DNA of 60,681 bases, from NCBI GenBank assembly GCA_000320545.1, contig ADNK01000821.1:1-60681 (forward strand), written 5' to 3'. The position numbers and the translations under genes were made by a program. The stretch is from Bigelowiella natans CCMP2755 (lineage: Eukaryota; Protista; Cercozoa). Below the pieces are notes generated by a model. It saw only the letters and a program-made list of their open reading frames with translations, did no database searches and was not told where the DNA came from. Below are positions 58,470 through 60,681 of the stretch, one piece after another (position 1 is the stretch's first letter; each line of letters begins with the position of its first letter).

Positions 58470-60681
58470 ATGCACTCAATATTGGAGTTCGTCACGAACG
58501 TTCTCATCTTCTTTCTAGGGCTGGCTCGCTTTGGTCTGAGTAACCCGCTTCGAAGAGCATGTACCTCCTGGCTTCATGAACGCAAAGTTGGAGCTCCTCT
58601 CTACAAGGCTTTGGAAAGGCGTGGTGGTCGCGCTGCAAGACAAGTGAGGACAAACGTAACCGATAGTTTCGCCTCAGGAACCAGGTCTTCTTGTTGCCTT
58701 ATTAATTCACCACACAGCGAGATAGAATAAGCTGGTTTGAAGCAGTGATAATTCTTTCGGAAACCACTCCATCGTGGTAATGTATTTGTTTTATAAAGCC
58801 GTATTGGCTTAAAGAGTTGCTATTAATTTGCAGCAACGCGTATATTGACGCAATGTACGTCGCTTGGAAAGAGGACCCCGCGAGCGTGCACTCCTCCTGG
58901 GCAGCTTATTTTGAGAATCTGGATGCTGGGGTCATTGCGTTGTGCTAAGATTTGTTATTACACAGCCCATCCATAATTCAACGTGACAATGCTCTGCCTG
59001 CATGTGTTTAGTATTAAGAATTTGTAAATATTTAAGACGTTCCGTGTCACGACATAACATTTACCCCGCCACCCTCTTCTCTTCCTGGCCCCCTTCCTCA
59101 GAAACCAGCAGAATCCTCGTTTGCTGCCCCCCCCAGTCTTTCTGGGGGCACAGCCCTGGCTCCGTCAGCAGGTTATTCTGATTTTCCACGACTATAATGA
59201 ATGATCTCATGCACGTCTTTATTTTATAACCTTGAAGAGGATAAGACTAAAGCATCCAATCAACATTACCATGTGAATGCCCTCCCTGCAGAAGCGATGG
59301 ATAGTGTCAGTGGCGCCTCTGAGGACTTCCCACGTGCATCGCTGCTCATTCGAGCTCACCAGGTCTGTCTGAAGCAGGAAGCCACTTTGAAGCTTGCACA
59401 GCTGCTATTGCTATGACCTCTTTCTTAATACGCTATCCCATTCTATCGCAGTATTGCTGCAACCGCCGCTAATGAGATGATTAATGTCGACGACCAAGTG
59501 TTTCGGCACTCATTCATTCATTCGTCTCGTTGTTTTGGCCCGCAGGTCCGTGGACACGAAATGGCAGACCTGGATCCATTAGGAATCTACGCACCTCCTG
59601 ATTACATCAATGACCTCGATCCCTACACACACGGCTTCAAGAAGGACGATTGGGAAAGGTCATATGGACGACGATTACGATGATTTATGCTATTATGATG
59701 ACGGCGACGACGATGATGATGATGATGATGATATCATGATAGTCCGATGTATTCACTGTCAACTTCAATCCATTTAGAGGACTGAAGTTGAAGGGGCATG
59801 GCGTCGAATCCATCTCGGGCCTTTGTTACAACGCCGACGTGAACAGGGACGGAATGACCACGCTCAGGTGTGTTTGCTTATTATCGCTCGTCATTCTTCG
59901 CTTCCCCGTGTGTGCTGCTGCCGTCAGCAGCAGCCTGCAGAGAAATCTGTACCCGTGCGCAAGATGTAATCAGATTCGCCATGAATCACCCATTGACTCT
60001 CCCTCTCCTTCCCCTTTTGTATTTCTCATCAGTGAGCTCCATGAGTTCTGCAAAAAGATTTACTGCCAGTACATTGGTAAGCGTAAATGTATTGATGGGC
60101 CGAATAAGAGGGAAATACGTAATGAGAGGATCGTCCGTGAAACTTTCGCCCCCACCCCGTTACTCACAGCTTCTGATCCTCTTCCCACGTTCTCTCCTTT
60201 TCTTCCTTCGCCCAACTTTCTTTCTGCTCCCAATAGGCTTCGAGTATATGCATATTCGCGAAATCGAAAAGTGTAACTGGTAGTAAACAGAACGAGTATA
60301 GCAGTATCATGAGAATCTCACGCACATACGTTCTTTCTCAGCATCATGTCACTTACCCTCTCCCTCTCTCCTGTGTGTGTTTGTAAGGATTCGTGAGCGC
60401 ATTGAAATTCATAACGAGCCCTATACGAAGGACCAGAAGCTGAGGGTAATTACCACCTCCCTGCCTCCCTCCTAACTCCTGACGCCTCCTCGCGGCACTT
60501 TCGTTGAGATCACCTGTTCCCTCATCACGACAGCAAGCAATATGAATGTAGTATCTCTAAGATAGATGATACACTCATTCCCCCCCCCCCCCCCCTGAGG
60601 GAACAGGTGATCTCACCGAAAGTGCCGCGAGGAGGCGTCAGGAGTTAGGAGGGGGGAAGGGAGGCGGTTATTCCCCCCAGC
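58470..60681 (+). CDS. OGDH: 2-oxoglutarate dehydrogenase E1, 5' part (runs off window; start uncertain)
   Basis: DSFASGT, YIDAMYVAWKEDPASVHSSWAAYF, LLIRAHQVRGHEMADLDPLG, KIYCQYIGFEYMHI. Confidence 0.92.

Overview
Gene-dense eukaryotic nuclear DNA with many short GT-AG introns, most of them packed with microsatellites. A plastid-type CA1P-phosphatase with a signal peptide plus an Arg-rich transit-like leader suggests a secondary-plastid alga, plausibly a chlorarachniophyte (inference only). Manual splicing gives, in order: the 3' part of a non-LTR retrotransposon, RPS29, a myosin-TH1/PDZ/coiled-coil protein, a BAR-like/SH3-like protein, a TPM-domain protein, a pseudo-tRNA plus tRNA-Ala(TGC), a DUF6891-like protein, a BtpA-like TIM barrel spliced in frame to a pterin-4a-carbinolamine dehydratase, a PHD-ePHD-AP2-chromo-SET protein, a DsbA/FrnE selenoprotein (UPWC) with a type II SECIS, WDR82, a multipass membrane protein, a CA1Pase-like protein, LUC7, DDX49/DBP8 and the 5' part of OGDH E1. 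The most unusual signal is a set of 300-600 bp patches (LINE 3' half and intergenic gaps) nearly devoid of TpA, where surviving TpA lies mainly in CTAG/CTA/TAG. This pattern suggests a context-specific TpA->TpG/CpA hypermutation process acting on silent DNA, opposite in direction to fungal RIP. All gene models and counts were made by hand and are unverified.
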